NCBI GenBank assembly: GCA_965178125.1
Contig: OZ237735.1
Span: 806,001-870,000, forward strand
DNA: 64,000 bases
Direction: 5' to 3'
Source: Bilabrum cf. latius
Lineage: Eukaryota
Each line of letters begins with the position of its first letter. Positions within the stretch are counted from its first letter, which is position 1. Positions 13,901 to 25,002 of this stretch are shown one piece after another. The notes under the pieces were generated by a model. The model was not told where the DNA came from, searched no databases, and saw only the letters and a program-made list of their open reading frames with translations. Made by a program: the position numbers and the translations under genes.

Positions 13901-16341
13901 GCAGCCTGGCCCGATTGGCTTGAGATCCACGCCTAAGCACTCTCTGCCGCTCGATTGGCAAAGTAAGCAGGCAAATCGCTAAGCTTCGACAGCAAAGTAG
14001 ATGCTCTTGCTGCCAGTGCAGAAGCATAGCTCCTTCGCCCCTGCTCTGACAAACCACCAGATGTGGTGCAAAGTTGCAAGAGACAAGCGCGTAACTGAGC
14101 TCGAATGACGCTCTCGTCAAGCTCGACCTGCGGGCGCGTGATTGTAACGACAGAGAGCACAGCGAGCGCCCTCGCATGCAGTCCAGCCTTGCGCTGCTCC
14201 CATGTCGGCGCACTGAGAGCAACTGCAGCCAGAAATGCTTCCCAAACAATCGCGTCAGAGTCTGGAAACCAGGCAGATACAGAAACATCGTTTGATGAGA
14301 AGCTATGAGCCTCATGTGGTGCCAATCTGGAGCTGTTGGCATGGCTGAGTATTGCAGAGGTATCGGTCGGTACGGCTCGCCACGCCTTGGCAAAGCGCAT
14401 TTCTTGGAGAGCGTCTACAATGACTCCGCCAGCGCGTGCTCCTAGTCGGGCGGCTGCATCGTCCCACGAGACGCCTCCAGAGCCGTACTGGTCCAGTGCC
14501 TCGAGGTGATCAGCGAGGACGTCCGCATCGTCCTGCGCGTGTGCGTCCACAACCTCCATGCGCTTGCGCCACCTACACGCTAAATCACAAGCCAGTTCAG
14601 ACACCTGCTGCCTCCAGCCTCCACGCAGCTCCCTGGATGCCTTGATTGCGTCAATACCAGTCGACTCGAGCCAACCGAGCACAGAGGTAGTGTCGCAGAG
14701 CAGCGCGAAGCTGGGATGAGAGCGGACAGCTCGTCGAAGCTGTCCCGCGGTGGCCACACCAACCTTCATCGAATCGACTGACTTGAAGATGAGAGAACAC
14801 ACTGCGAGCAACTCAGGGTCAATGGTTCTGGACGCTTCCGATCGGATGCCATGAAGCAGCATGCTCACCTTGCAGGTCCGGAGGTCGTCAACCAGCATCC
14901 TCGCAAGCGCTTTCTCTCGCGGACCGGCGGCAATATCCTCAGCTTCTCGATCAGCCGTAATGTGCTCTGAATCGATGACGGGTTCCATGGCATCGTCTGC
15001 GTCTCCGTCCGGTAGAGAGGAAGTCATGGAGCTGTCCGCTGCAGCGGCTGCCCCAGGCAACGGGACCCCCATGGCACGGGAGGCCCATCGAACGGCACGG
15101 AGAATCTAGAACGTGCCACCCATGCCTGCCCACCATATCGGACGAAGACTTCGAGGCAAGGTAGGCGGGGGTGGCCATGGACGCTCTTCGTCGACAGAAG
15201 CAGGACCATTGGAGACGGCAGAGTTTGCGCCATGCAGCCTGGTCGTGCTTGCAGCTCTGGACTGCCACTCCTGCTGGGCTGCTCTGGACCGAGCTTCCCC
15301 TGCCTGAAGCATTCCCATGACAGCCCGCAAGCCTACACGGGTGGATCCTCGCTTGGAACCGAGCAGCTCCGTTGCAGCTGCCTCCGCATCTCCGTGGGAC
15401 TCGAGCATCTCACGCGACCCCAAGTGGAACTCTGTTCGCAGAAGTGCTGCCGCTCTGTACAGAAGCGCAGCTGTAGTGGCTTCGCGTTGAGTTTTCAGAT
15501 ATACGGCGCGCCTTGCGGGAGACCCATGCTTTTGCGGGTCTGCTTCTCCGGCGCCACTGGCGGCAGCAGGCACGTCGTTGAAGTCGTGGGCGGCATCTTC
15601 TAGCTCCTCCTCCCGTTCATCTTCCAGATCTTGTCTCATGATGTCATCTGCTTCGTACTCTAACGAAGCCACCAGTGTTGCTACACGAGGTCCCCACAGT
15701 AGCGAGGCAGCGCCAGGGCGCTTGCCTCGACTTCTCTCTTCAGCAAAGAGCGACACAAACACGGCCCGAGGCTGGTCTGATTCTGCCTAAGCCTTGTCCT
15801 CCGCAATACTGCTGTCAAGCGCACATGCTTTGAAGAATCCTCCCAGAAATGGCTGCATTGCAGCGCAGCAATTTGGTACTGGAGCACTGATAAAAGCTGC
15901 AGTGCCAGAGGATTGCGCCGCTTCGAGCGCATCAAGCAGCTTAAGGGCGAGGGACGAGTCCATCGATGCCGTCTCAGGCATTCCAGCGCCTAAGGCAGCC
16001 TCAGCACCCACAACTAGGCACATGCATGCAGTTCGCGAGCTTCGGACATCCTCTTGATTTGGTCGGCTACCCATCATGAGGTCACAAGCCAGCCTGGCGT
16101 GCGCTCCATCGCCCAGCTGCCCGATTTCAGATATGATCTGTTGAACACCTTGAGAATCTTCAAATTGCAGCCTTGAAAGTACCTCTGCGAAATCATCTGC
16201 AGACTGTGGCTTGGGATACACTGCAGCATGCAAAGCATCTCTTGGCTTATCAACTTCCAACTCTGAAGCCTCTCGTCTGAACTTCGCAGACTATAGTTTG
16301 TCTGCCAATGCGCGCAAGAGTCGATGTGCATTTGGAAGCAT
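10942..16341 (-). CDS. Hypothetical ~1,800 aa Ala-rich protein, single frame when TAG is sense; possible degenerate EF-hand-like loops
   Basis: ORFs 15787, 15106, 13933, 13663, 13021, 12457, 12169, 11914, 11626 and 11170 are all in one frame. The gaps I translated contain only TAG, and the first TGA is at 10942-10944. First ATG after the upstream TGA is at 16341. EF-hand-like segments (IFKSVDSMKVGVAT, ALDQYGSGGVSWDDA) are weak. Confidence 0.7.
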
Positions 16342-16494
16342 CTTGCAGTGGGTCAACGAGTGATTGTGGCGGGATCTGCTTGATGACGACGATGGGAATC
16401 GAACGGCTATGTGAGTGCCCACCAGGCACCTCTCGTTGAGGTCGCATGGAGTGGTCGCCACTGGCAATCCAAGCGCATTCTAGCAGAATCTCCT

Positions 16495-19400
16495 TCAATT
16501 ATCAAAACCAACAGCAGAGCCGTCAAGGCCCGCAAGGGAATCATCGAGGCCACTCGCGTCCATTCCTGCACCAGGTGCACCAGGCAATGGAGGCTGGGGC
16601 CGCGGCGACCGGGGCGTGTTGGGAGCCGAAGCGCCGCCACCAACGACAGAGTTTGCGACTATCGCCGCGAGCCTAGCTTTGGCCTCTGCAGTTGTTGCAG
16701 AATTAGCGCTCCCTTGCTGCTTGCTGCCTCCTGCTCCTGATCTGCTCCCCTGCTCGAGGCTTTGCTGCGGTGCGGTCCTCTGCGGTGCAGAAGGCGGCGA
16801 GACCCTGGAAGCGACAGCACCGGAATGCTCCGATTCGGGTGGCTTCTTTGCACCGCTAGAGACCCCAGCGCTTGATGCTGAAGTTGACGGTGCGGCGCTT
16901 GCTGCGCGTGCTTGTGGCGGAGGCGGGGGCCGGGGCACCGCGGCTACCGGCATGGCATTTGCAACTGCGGACGACCCAAGACTCGATCTTCGCTTCATGG
17001 AGGCCCTCAGGACCGCGCTGCTTCCCCTCCCAGGAGACCCCGTGCCCTTTCCAGGAGGTAGACCGCTCAGGGGCGCCACCTGCTGGGCCTGCTGCATGCT
17101 CATGCCGGCCTGCTTGAGCAGTGCAGTGGCGGCCACTTCCCCATGCAAGGCATGCGTGACAGCGACCTATGACAGGCGGCGCACACGCTTGCGCTCGCGG
17201 CGGTCGAGCTCTTTCTTGTGTTCTCTGATGCCTTTGGCCTCCGCGTACAGCCTGTCGTAAATGCCTGTGGCAGACGCATCAGCGCCATGGTGACCCTAGA
17301 TGAGCGAGTGACCCTCGCTCGCCGCACCCTTGGTCCGGCGCTTTTCCCCCGCACTCCGCACGAAAGGGGGAGGCGTGGTCGGACGAACCTTCGTTTTCTC
17401 CAGGTCTCTCTTTTGTTTGGCCTCAAAGTCCCGCCTTGCCTTCTCCCTGGCGAGCTCTTTGCTCCTGTCTTCGTACAGGCGAGCGTAGAGCTTCTCCGGA
17501 TCCACAGAGCGAGACCTCTGCTAGGGCTTCTTTGACCCGCCAGCGGACTCCTTGCCCGCTTGACGGCCTTTGCGATGAAGCTTCACGGGCCGTAACGGGC
17601 TCGCAAACAGACGCTCAAACACGTCTTGCGCATGTCCCTCCCTTCCATCCAGGTTCTGCCTGGAGGAGCTGAGTGCCCCGCCGTCCATCACCACGCTGCC
17701 GACGGGCGAGGCTGAGGTGGATGAATCCTGAGTGCGAGAAAGCCCTCTAAGACCCCCATTGATGGCCTGCTCTGGCTCCGCATCCAAGTCTACCGTTGCT
17801 GAATCGGATGGGGGGAGTCGCTTTCTGCCTTCGCGACTGTCGCGAGATGCAGGCCGAGAACGAGAACGCGAACTTCCTCGGCTGACACTCTGGCCAGGCT
17901 TCCCTGGAGAGCCCATGCCGCGCCGCTTCGTGACGCTGCTGCTCCTGCTCCTGCTGGACCTTATCTGTTCGGCCTCCTTGGCCGCATGCATCCGCAGCTT
18001 GAGCTCACGCAGTTTGCGGGCGACTTCGCTGCGGCCGTGTAACCTCTCCCACACAGTATCACCGGTTTTCTTCTATGGCGAGGGTGGCGCCTCTGTTGCC
18101 AAAGCAGGCTCTGGTACAGCTCCATCAACTGACTGCCGAGAGGGAGTAGCAATCCCACTGGTTGGGCCCGAGGACGCGGTACCGTCGTCCGGGGAGGAAG
18201 GCAAGGGTACTGCCTTGGAAGGGCTGGGCTGCGCCTGCTCCAGCTGATGGAGCATCCTCGAAACCCTTGACCTGGAGCGAGAGGACAGTCGTTCCCTCCA
18301 CCTACGCCTGGCCTCTGGCTCTGACACTAGCGGGCTCGACTTGAGCTCCGTGACAGCCTTCTCCTCCTTCTCTCGCCGCATGAGCTCCTTGGCCGCCGAC
18401 AATCGCTGCGCATCAGTGTATAGTCGATCAAACGTTTCAGCGGGAGAAGAGTCCGATTGCCTGCCGCGGGTGGGGGTGGACAAGGTGCCACCGTCGGAGC
18501 TGGACACGCGTCCTACCTGGAGCTTGGCACGCACAGAGCCGGCAACGAGGCGGGGACGGAAATCTGGCCGTGACGCTCGCTTTGCTTGCTTTCGCATTGC
18601 TTCGTGGCGCTCCCTCTGACGCACAGCCTCTTCGTACAGGCGCCCAAATGCATCGCCCCGCTCGCCCTCCTCGATCTCGACTCCGTCCTCGTCCCTCCGC
18701 CGCTGCCCACGACGAGCGAGCCTCCCTCTCGTGGCGCTAAGGTCTGGTGATCCAGTGACGGCAGAAAGCTCGGCTTGCCTCAAAGCGGCCCGAAGCCTGT
18801 CTTTGCGTGTTTGCGCAGCCGAAGCATACGCAAGCAGCCTGTCCTCGACTTTGGACTCGCCTGTCTAGCCAGTACTGCCTGGACTGTCCCTCCTGCGGCG
18901 CGGGCCGGCCGAAGCTGAGCGCGTGGAGTGCGTCTGTGGCGAGAAGCTGCAAGCAGCGAGGTCGCGCATGGCTTTTTGTTTCTCCCAATGCGTCAATAGT
19001 TGGGGTGTCACCCTCGGCTTCGCTCTCTGCTCCATCCGTTTCTGCTTCATGCGAGCAGCCTCCTGCTGGTCCTCACGCTCAAAGTAGCGAATAGAATTCG
19101 AGTTGAATGTTGGCTGAAAAGAGGCCTCAGAGCTCGCAACACTCTCTCGCAACCTAGCAAGTCTTTCTGCTCTCTACTACGCGTGCTGGTACAGGGCGCT
19201 AAACCTGGAGCCATCTCCCGCCTCCCGCCTGTGCGACATGGAGCGCGCAAGCTAGGTGATGACTGGTTTGTGCGGGCCATCTTCTTGCTGCATGAGCACC
19301 TGTCTGCGCTTGGCCTACCTCTCTGCGATGATTTCTGCGTCTTCGTACAGCCTTTCGTGAGCCGAAGCAGCCCTACCTCCCCTCTACGCAGCTTGCGATC

Positions 19401-21351
19401 GAGACCGCCTGGACCTCCCAAGCCTCCTGGCCATGCCGGTTATGTACGGCTTGAAGGCAAGTTCGTCCTGCATCTGCTGCTGCTGCGCGATCCGTTTTTC
19501 TTCTGCCTGCTGCGCATATCTAATGAGCCTGTCTTCCACAGCCTCGTTGCTCCCAGGACCGCTCTACTCGACCGTTCCCCGGTCGTCGGGGTGCCCTGCC
19601 TCCGACGCAGCCCTCGACGATCGCACCGAACCGCTCTTCGGCAGCGGCGGCGGCGGCACGTATTCCTTGCCGCCCTAGGACAAAGGGAAGGAAGGGGCGC
19701 TATCGAAGTCGCGGCGGCCCATCCGCTCCTCCTCGACAATGCGCGCCTCCGCCTTGCGAGCGGCGATCTTCGCCTCCACGGACTTCCTCACGTGCTCGCT
19801 GCGAAGGAGCGCCCCGCGGGTCGGAGTGCCCACTGATGAAGATGCGCTGGCTCTTGGTGCCCCACCAGCGCCTGCAGCGGGATTTGCACCCTCTATGGCC
19901 TCAGACTGGGACTCCACGCCCGCGCGCCTCGCTGCACCGGCGCCGACTCTCCTCTTCTGTGCCCTGTCTCCGAAGCTGTACCTGCGCTAGCGTTGACTCT
20001 GGCCTTGTGATTCTGGCCCGCGCCTAGTCGAAGGCATGACTCGTGTGGTCCCGTTTTTGTGCTTCGACTTGCCGCCCGCAGGGAGGGCGCCTGGCTTCCT
20101 GCTGGTCCGTGCGGTGCTCCCGTGACTGGCACGCACAGGAGATGCTCTGCTGGGAGTGGGGCGGCGGGCATCGCTCGGTTTTGAAGGGACTTTGACGTTG
20201 CTAGCGGGAACACCTGCCTGGTTCTCGGGCTCGATTCCATCTGGAGGCGGTTGCGATTGTACCGGTGACACTCGGGTCGGGTCGGGGGAAGGTCCTGTCT
20301 CAGTCGCCCCGGGGCTGTGCCTGGGGGAAGCAGGGACAGGGGCGGAGGCAGGGTGAAGGCCAGAGGATGGGATATCGTGCCTGCTGCTCGCGGGCGATGA
20401 TCCCGCCGCGCGATGTCGTTGAGATGCAGATGATCTGCCGCCCCCGCCTCGGATCGAAACGCTCCTGCTTCCTCCTGCGCTTCGGTCGCTGCCTGCTGAC
20501 GGTGCTCGCACAGAGCCTCTCGTGCGGGAGGCCTGCCTACCGCGTGCCATGGCACCGGCTTTGCCATCCCGTTCAAGCTTTCCAGTCGGCGCATGACCAT
20601 GGTTCGCACGACGGGACGTAGGTGACCGCGTACCACGAAGCTTCTTGCTGGAGCCAGCTCGAAGACGCATCCGTTTATTGGTACCGGGAAGAATCTTGGG
20701 ACTCTATGCACTAGGTTTCGAAGTTTTTGGATTGGCAGGGCTCCTGCGGCGACCACTTGCAGCGCTACTGGGCTTGCTGGTGCCAAATGGAACGCCCCCA
20801 CCCTGTCGTTTAGAACCAGGCAGATCTTCTGCAGGGCCTTCTCGCTACCCAGCAACGGCAGCGGCAGCGGATTTAGAAGGCAAAGTCCTACTAGCAGCAT
20901 TGCTTGATGAAGGTCCTGACTAAAGCCCGCGGTTGTGCTGCTGGCTCGGTTGCGACGACGGCACTGAGAGGGGCGCAGCCTCCTAGGGCGGCGACGATGA
21001 CTGATCAGCAACAGAACTAGGGCCCGTAGCGGGGGTGACTGGCCTTGAAACACTTTCAACTCTTGCACTAAAATCGCTTGGAGCTGCGGATGGTGCAGTG
21101 CTGCCTGCATCTGAATGCTGTCTTGATTCGGCAGCTGGACCAGCATGATTTTGAAGATCGCCTTGTTCCTGCGATGCCAACAAGAAGCACTAATTACAAT
21201 CAAATAGGCAATATATGGCCAAACTGCAACGCATGGATGGCGTGAAGACGCTCACCTCGGCAGAATCGTCCTCTAGCATGCTAATCAGATCTTGCGTGGC
21301 TGCAGCCTCTCGAATGGCATCCTGGATCCTCTAATCTAAGTTTTCACTCAT
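16495..21351 (-). CDS. ~1,590 aa low-complexity, basic/coiled-coil protein with repeated 'RLY' and 'FxP' motifs; exons 21256-21351 and 16495-21168
   Basis: One frame across ORFs 20983, 19987, 19675, 18865, 18073, 17521, 17296 and 16495, joined through TAGs. Intron GTGAGC..TCGCAG at 21169-21255. Repeats HERLYEDA, FGRLYEEA, FDRLYTDA, YARLYED, YDRLYAEA alternate with AFKPYI, SFQPTF, CSFSPQT, DFRPRL. Ends TGA. Confidence 0.75.
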
Positions 21352-21586
21352 TTAAAGCAACAAAAGCTGTAATTGCCTGTTGCTACTTTCTCTGAAGTGG
21401 CCCAGAGACGCATCGAGCATTGTCGGCAGCGGAACCTTCAGGCCGCCGGCGCGGCGTGCACTGGGCACTGGTCGCCGCGGCTAGCGGATGCTGGCAGGTG
21501 CTGCAGATTGCTTACTGGTCGAATGGGCTAGCGTCAATACAATGGAAAGAACGTTTTCATTCAAATACGATGAAAACTCGTCTGCA

Positions 21587-23098
21587 TCAAAACCTGATCT
21601 CGTACGAGCCAGCCCTGGTCACGTAGCGCACCCACTTGATGGCCTTGTAGCCGGACCGCTCGTAAACGTTCAGGTGCGTCACCTTCAAGCCCGATGAAGC
21701 AAACATGGGCACCTGGAACTCCGCCTTGATCGGAGGCCTCACCCACTGCTTTTTCTTAGTCTGCTTGATGAGCTTCAGGTCCGCCTGCAGCGTCATCTCG
21801 GAGGCCCCAGCAAACCGAGCCACCTGCCAGACGATGCGGCGCTTGGTTGCGTCGTAGAAGCCGCGGCCGGCTGGCACCGCGACCGTGGCCCTGGCCGTGT
21901 TCGGCGGGCAGGGGATGTAGAAGTTCGCGTTGGACGCGTACATCTGCTCGGGGATGTTGGCGATGACCTTAATGTTGAAGACGACCCGCTGCGGCGTGAG
22001 CTGATCCACGATGGCCAGCACACGGAAAGGAAGCTTCACGTTCTCGCCCACCCTGTAGCTCATGAGCTGAAACTCGCCATCAGGGGGCACGAAAGTGATG
22101 GCCCGGTCCTGGTCGTACTTGCCCAGCTGCACGCACCTGTGGAAGGTGGCATCGTCGATGTCCACGCCGCGCTTGTCCCCGCCCCCCCCCGCGCCGCCAG
22201 AGGCAGAGCCCACGCCCGACCCGACAGACCGCGTTCCACGCCGAGCTTCTTTCTGGAGCACGATCTTGTCGTTCAGGCTGAACTTGCACTCAGGCATCCC
22301 GGTGAGCTCGGTTTTCATCATGATCTTCCCGCTCACGCTGGATCGCAGGACGGTCCCTGACGAGCTCACGAGCAGGTTCACGTCCTCCACCACGTCGATG
22401 TACACCTAATTTGTCTGGTGAACAATCCCATCGCGGCGCCAGTCACGCTTTCCGGTGATTTCGCTGGTCATCTTTGCCGCCTCCGCCGCAGACTCCGGTG
22501 GTTTCACCTCGCCAAAGTTGATAAACATCTTCAACGTGTCGATTGCAGTCACCTGGGGATACCCGAAGTCCAGCACCTCGTCCAGGAGTTCATACACTAG
22601 AGTAAAGTTGTTCCGCACCGCATCCTCGTCAACCTTCTGCCCAACATACCCGTGAAGGATGTCGACAAGTGTATTCAGGAACGTAAAAACGAGGGCTGCG
22701 TTCGGATTGCTCTTAGTCACCGCAACCAGGTACATATTCTCGCACCGCACAAACTGAAATGTGCTCCCCTCAACATTGCGAACTGGGGCACCGGCACTTG
22801 CTTCCTTGGCAGCAACAATCTGCGAGAGCATATACATCGGATCCGAACGAGAGGCGCTCGTTGACAAGGCTCAGCAATTGAACCACGATCGCGGCAACAC
22901 CTCTCACCTTAAGTCTAAATGCATTAGCAGCGGATAGTGACACATCGTCTCTGCGCAATATAGAAGCAGGGAATGATAGCATTGATGCCAAACACCCGTG
23001 CATGCCGTGCCAGCTATCGGTCTTCAACCATCTTACCGGTACATCCTAGCCAACACAATCTCTCCTTTCAAATTAACAAAGAACAGAGCACTGATCAT
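21587..23098 (-). CDS. AP2M1: AP-2 adaptor complex mu subunit; exons 23037-23098, 22908-22950, 21587-22819; in-frame TAG at 22406-22408
   Basis: MISALFFVNLKGEIVLARMYRDDVSLSAANAFRLKIVAAKE...NNFTLVYELLDEVLDFGYPQ...GMPECKFSLNDK...FVPPDGEFQLMSY...WVRPPI...VPMFASSGL...KWVRYVTRAGSYEIRF. Two GT-AG introns. Ends TGA. Confidence 0.93.
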
Positions 23099-23208
23099 GG
23101 TTCTGATTTACACAGGATCGGCTCTGCAGTGGACAGTTTTGGACCGCGCACCCCTCGGGCGAATCGATCGGTAAGGTGCTATTTGAGCACACACAAAAAT
23201 CGATATCT

Positions 23209-24621
23209 TCAACGACGCTTGTAAATGCAAGGGGCGAGACCAAGCCGAGGCTTCTTGGCTGGTGACGGGGCAGTGCCTTGCTCTTCCTTCGCAACGCGCT
23301 GAACTGCACCGTCACCGCTTCCATGTGCTTTGCCCTGAGTGCCTGCTCCGATTTCGTTTCCTTCGCCTTGTGCTTCGCCACCACCTTGTCCAGCCCCGCG
23401 CCGCTTGCGCTTCCTTGACCTCTTTTTCTTGCCCTTCTTCTCTTGCCCGCCGCTATCAGACGCGAGCTACTCAGAGGCACCTGCACCAGATGCGACGGAT
23501 CCCTGCTTTTCCGCTGGACCTGCCTTCGTTGTACTGGCGCTGTTGCTAGGCGCGACTGCGGCCCCTGTAGTGGCTGATGCAGACTAGGAGATAGTGGAGA
23601 GTGAGGATGAGGATGACGATGTGGATGAATTCGCCGCTGCGGGCGGAGAACCGCTCTTCTTTGCCCTGCGCCTCCGCTTCTTCTTTGCCACTACAGCGCC
23701 TGGCGCGCTTGCATCATCGACCCCACGCGCGCCGTGTTGCCCCTTTCCTGCGCTGGGCACAGCGCTGGGACTTCCACCAGTGATTTGCTGGCTGCTCGCT
23801 ACTACCTGTCCAACTGCAGCCCCGGCCCCGGTCGCAGCAGCGCTCATTGCCTTTGCCTTGCTTCGACTGCGCTTCTTGCCGCCAGGCTTTTTGAACTCTG
23901 CGACAAAGAACATGGTGTTGCGCGTTTGAATACGCACCAGCTTCATTCCTCCACCGATCTGGCTGACGTTATCCAAAAAAGCGCGAAGTTTCTGGGAGAT
24001 TCCTGCGGCGCCTCGTGCTGGCTTGCCAGATGCAGCGGATGCAGCCCCAGAAGCAGAGTCCAAGAGAGCACTACCATCGGCACCTTCCTATGCATCCCCT
24101 TCTACCCGGCTGCGAACTTCGGCTATAAGAAGCATGCCACCGGGCTTAAGGACTCGAGAGGCCTCTCCAATGAAATCCTCTGCATTCGTGCCCATCAGCG
24201 ACAAGCAGAATACTACAACATCCGCAGTAGCAGAAACAAGCGGGACGTTGCGAATGTCGCATATGGTAATGTTTTTGTTGCCTCCGTCGCCGAGGTCGAA
24301 CGAGTGGACCTTGTGAGTCGATCCAACTTCCTTTGCCAGTCTTGCTTCACCACATCCCATATCTGCAACGATCCGCCCCGCTGGCAGCTGCTGCAGCCTG
24401 GCAATAATTATATCGAGCGGATTCTCTGGCCATTTCGAAACTTGTTCACGGTAGCCTCGGTGATACAGGTTGAACAGGTCCGGCTCTTTCTTGAACATCT
24501 CCAGGCTCGACGACGACGAGCTCGTGTATAGCTGCTCGTTCAATAGCCTGAACTTTCCACCTTCTAGATGTTTCACAAAAGATTCTCCTGGTACTGACCG
24601 TTTGTTGCCACGCCGCCCCAT
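23209..24621 (-). CDS. RRP8: Ribosomal RNA-processing protein 8 (rRNA m1A methyltransferase, nucleomethylin family); 3 in-frame TAG
   Basis: GGKFRLLNEQLYT, YHRGYREQVSKWPENPLD, VADMGCGEARLA, VFCLSLMGTN, RVLKPGGMLLIAEVRSR. The family C-terminal motif LAPCIYKRR-TGA is reached only by reading TAGs at 24088, 23584 and 23467. Confidence 0.93.
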
Positions 24622-25002
24622 AATTGCAAGAATGGTGCAGTTGCACAAGCGAAGAACTGCGAGCTCCAGATTTAACGCTCCGAGTTACTCGGTGCGGTGG
24701 CTGCAAATTGAGTGTACATGCAGCAACACAACTGTGTGCAGCGCGCTGCGCAGTTTATTGGGTACATGTACAGTGGACGATTGACGTTGGTCTATGCAGT
24801 GGCGTGAAGTGTGGCGTGCTTGCGAAATGTGCGAGACTCTCGGAAGCTGAGCCAACCACTTGCGGATGCGCCAGTGGTGGCACGACTAGGATTGCGCGCT
24901 GGGGCAAGGCTTGGGCCCAGAATGGCATGCGTTGCGCAAATCACTGGCATACTGTGCATGTGAAGTACAAAAACAGATACGAATGAATGCGCATGCAGTC
25001 CA

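Noticed and set aside
19893-21203. 436 aa alternative-frame ORF on the minus strand
   Set aside because: Overlaps the spliced RLY-repeat gene in another frame and has no recognisable features; expected in GC-rich DNA.
1203-22408. In-frame TAGs are 3' splice acceptors of unnoticed introns
   Set aside because: Conserved motifs are contiguous across the TAG (EWG*VFILD, TN*VYID), leaving no room for an intron. Real acceptors here are GCAG.
24622-25002. Long intergenic gap as a possible suppressor tRNA(CUA) or ncRNA locus
   Set aside because: No T-loop GTTCRA motif or cloverleaf seen by eye.
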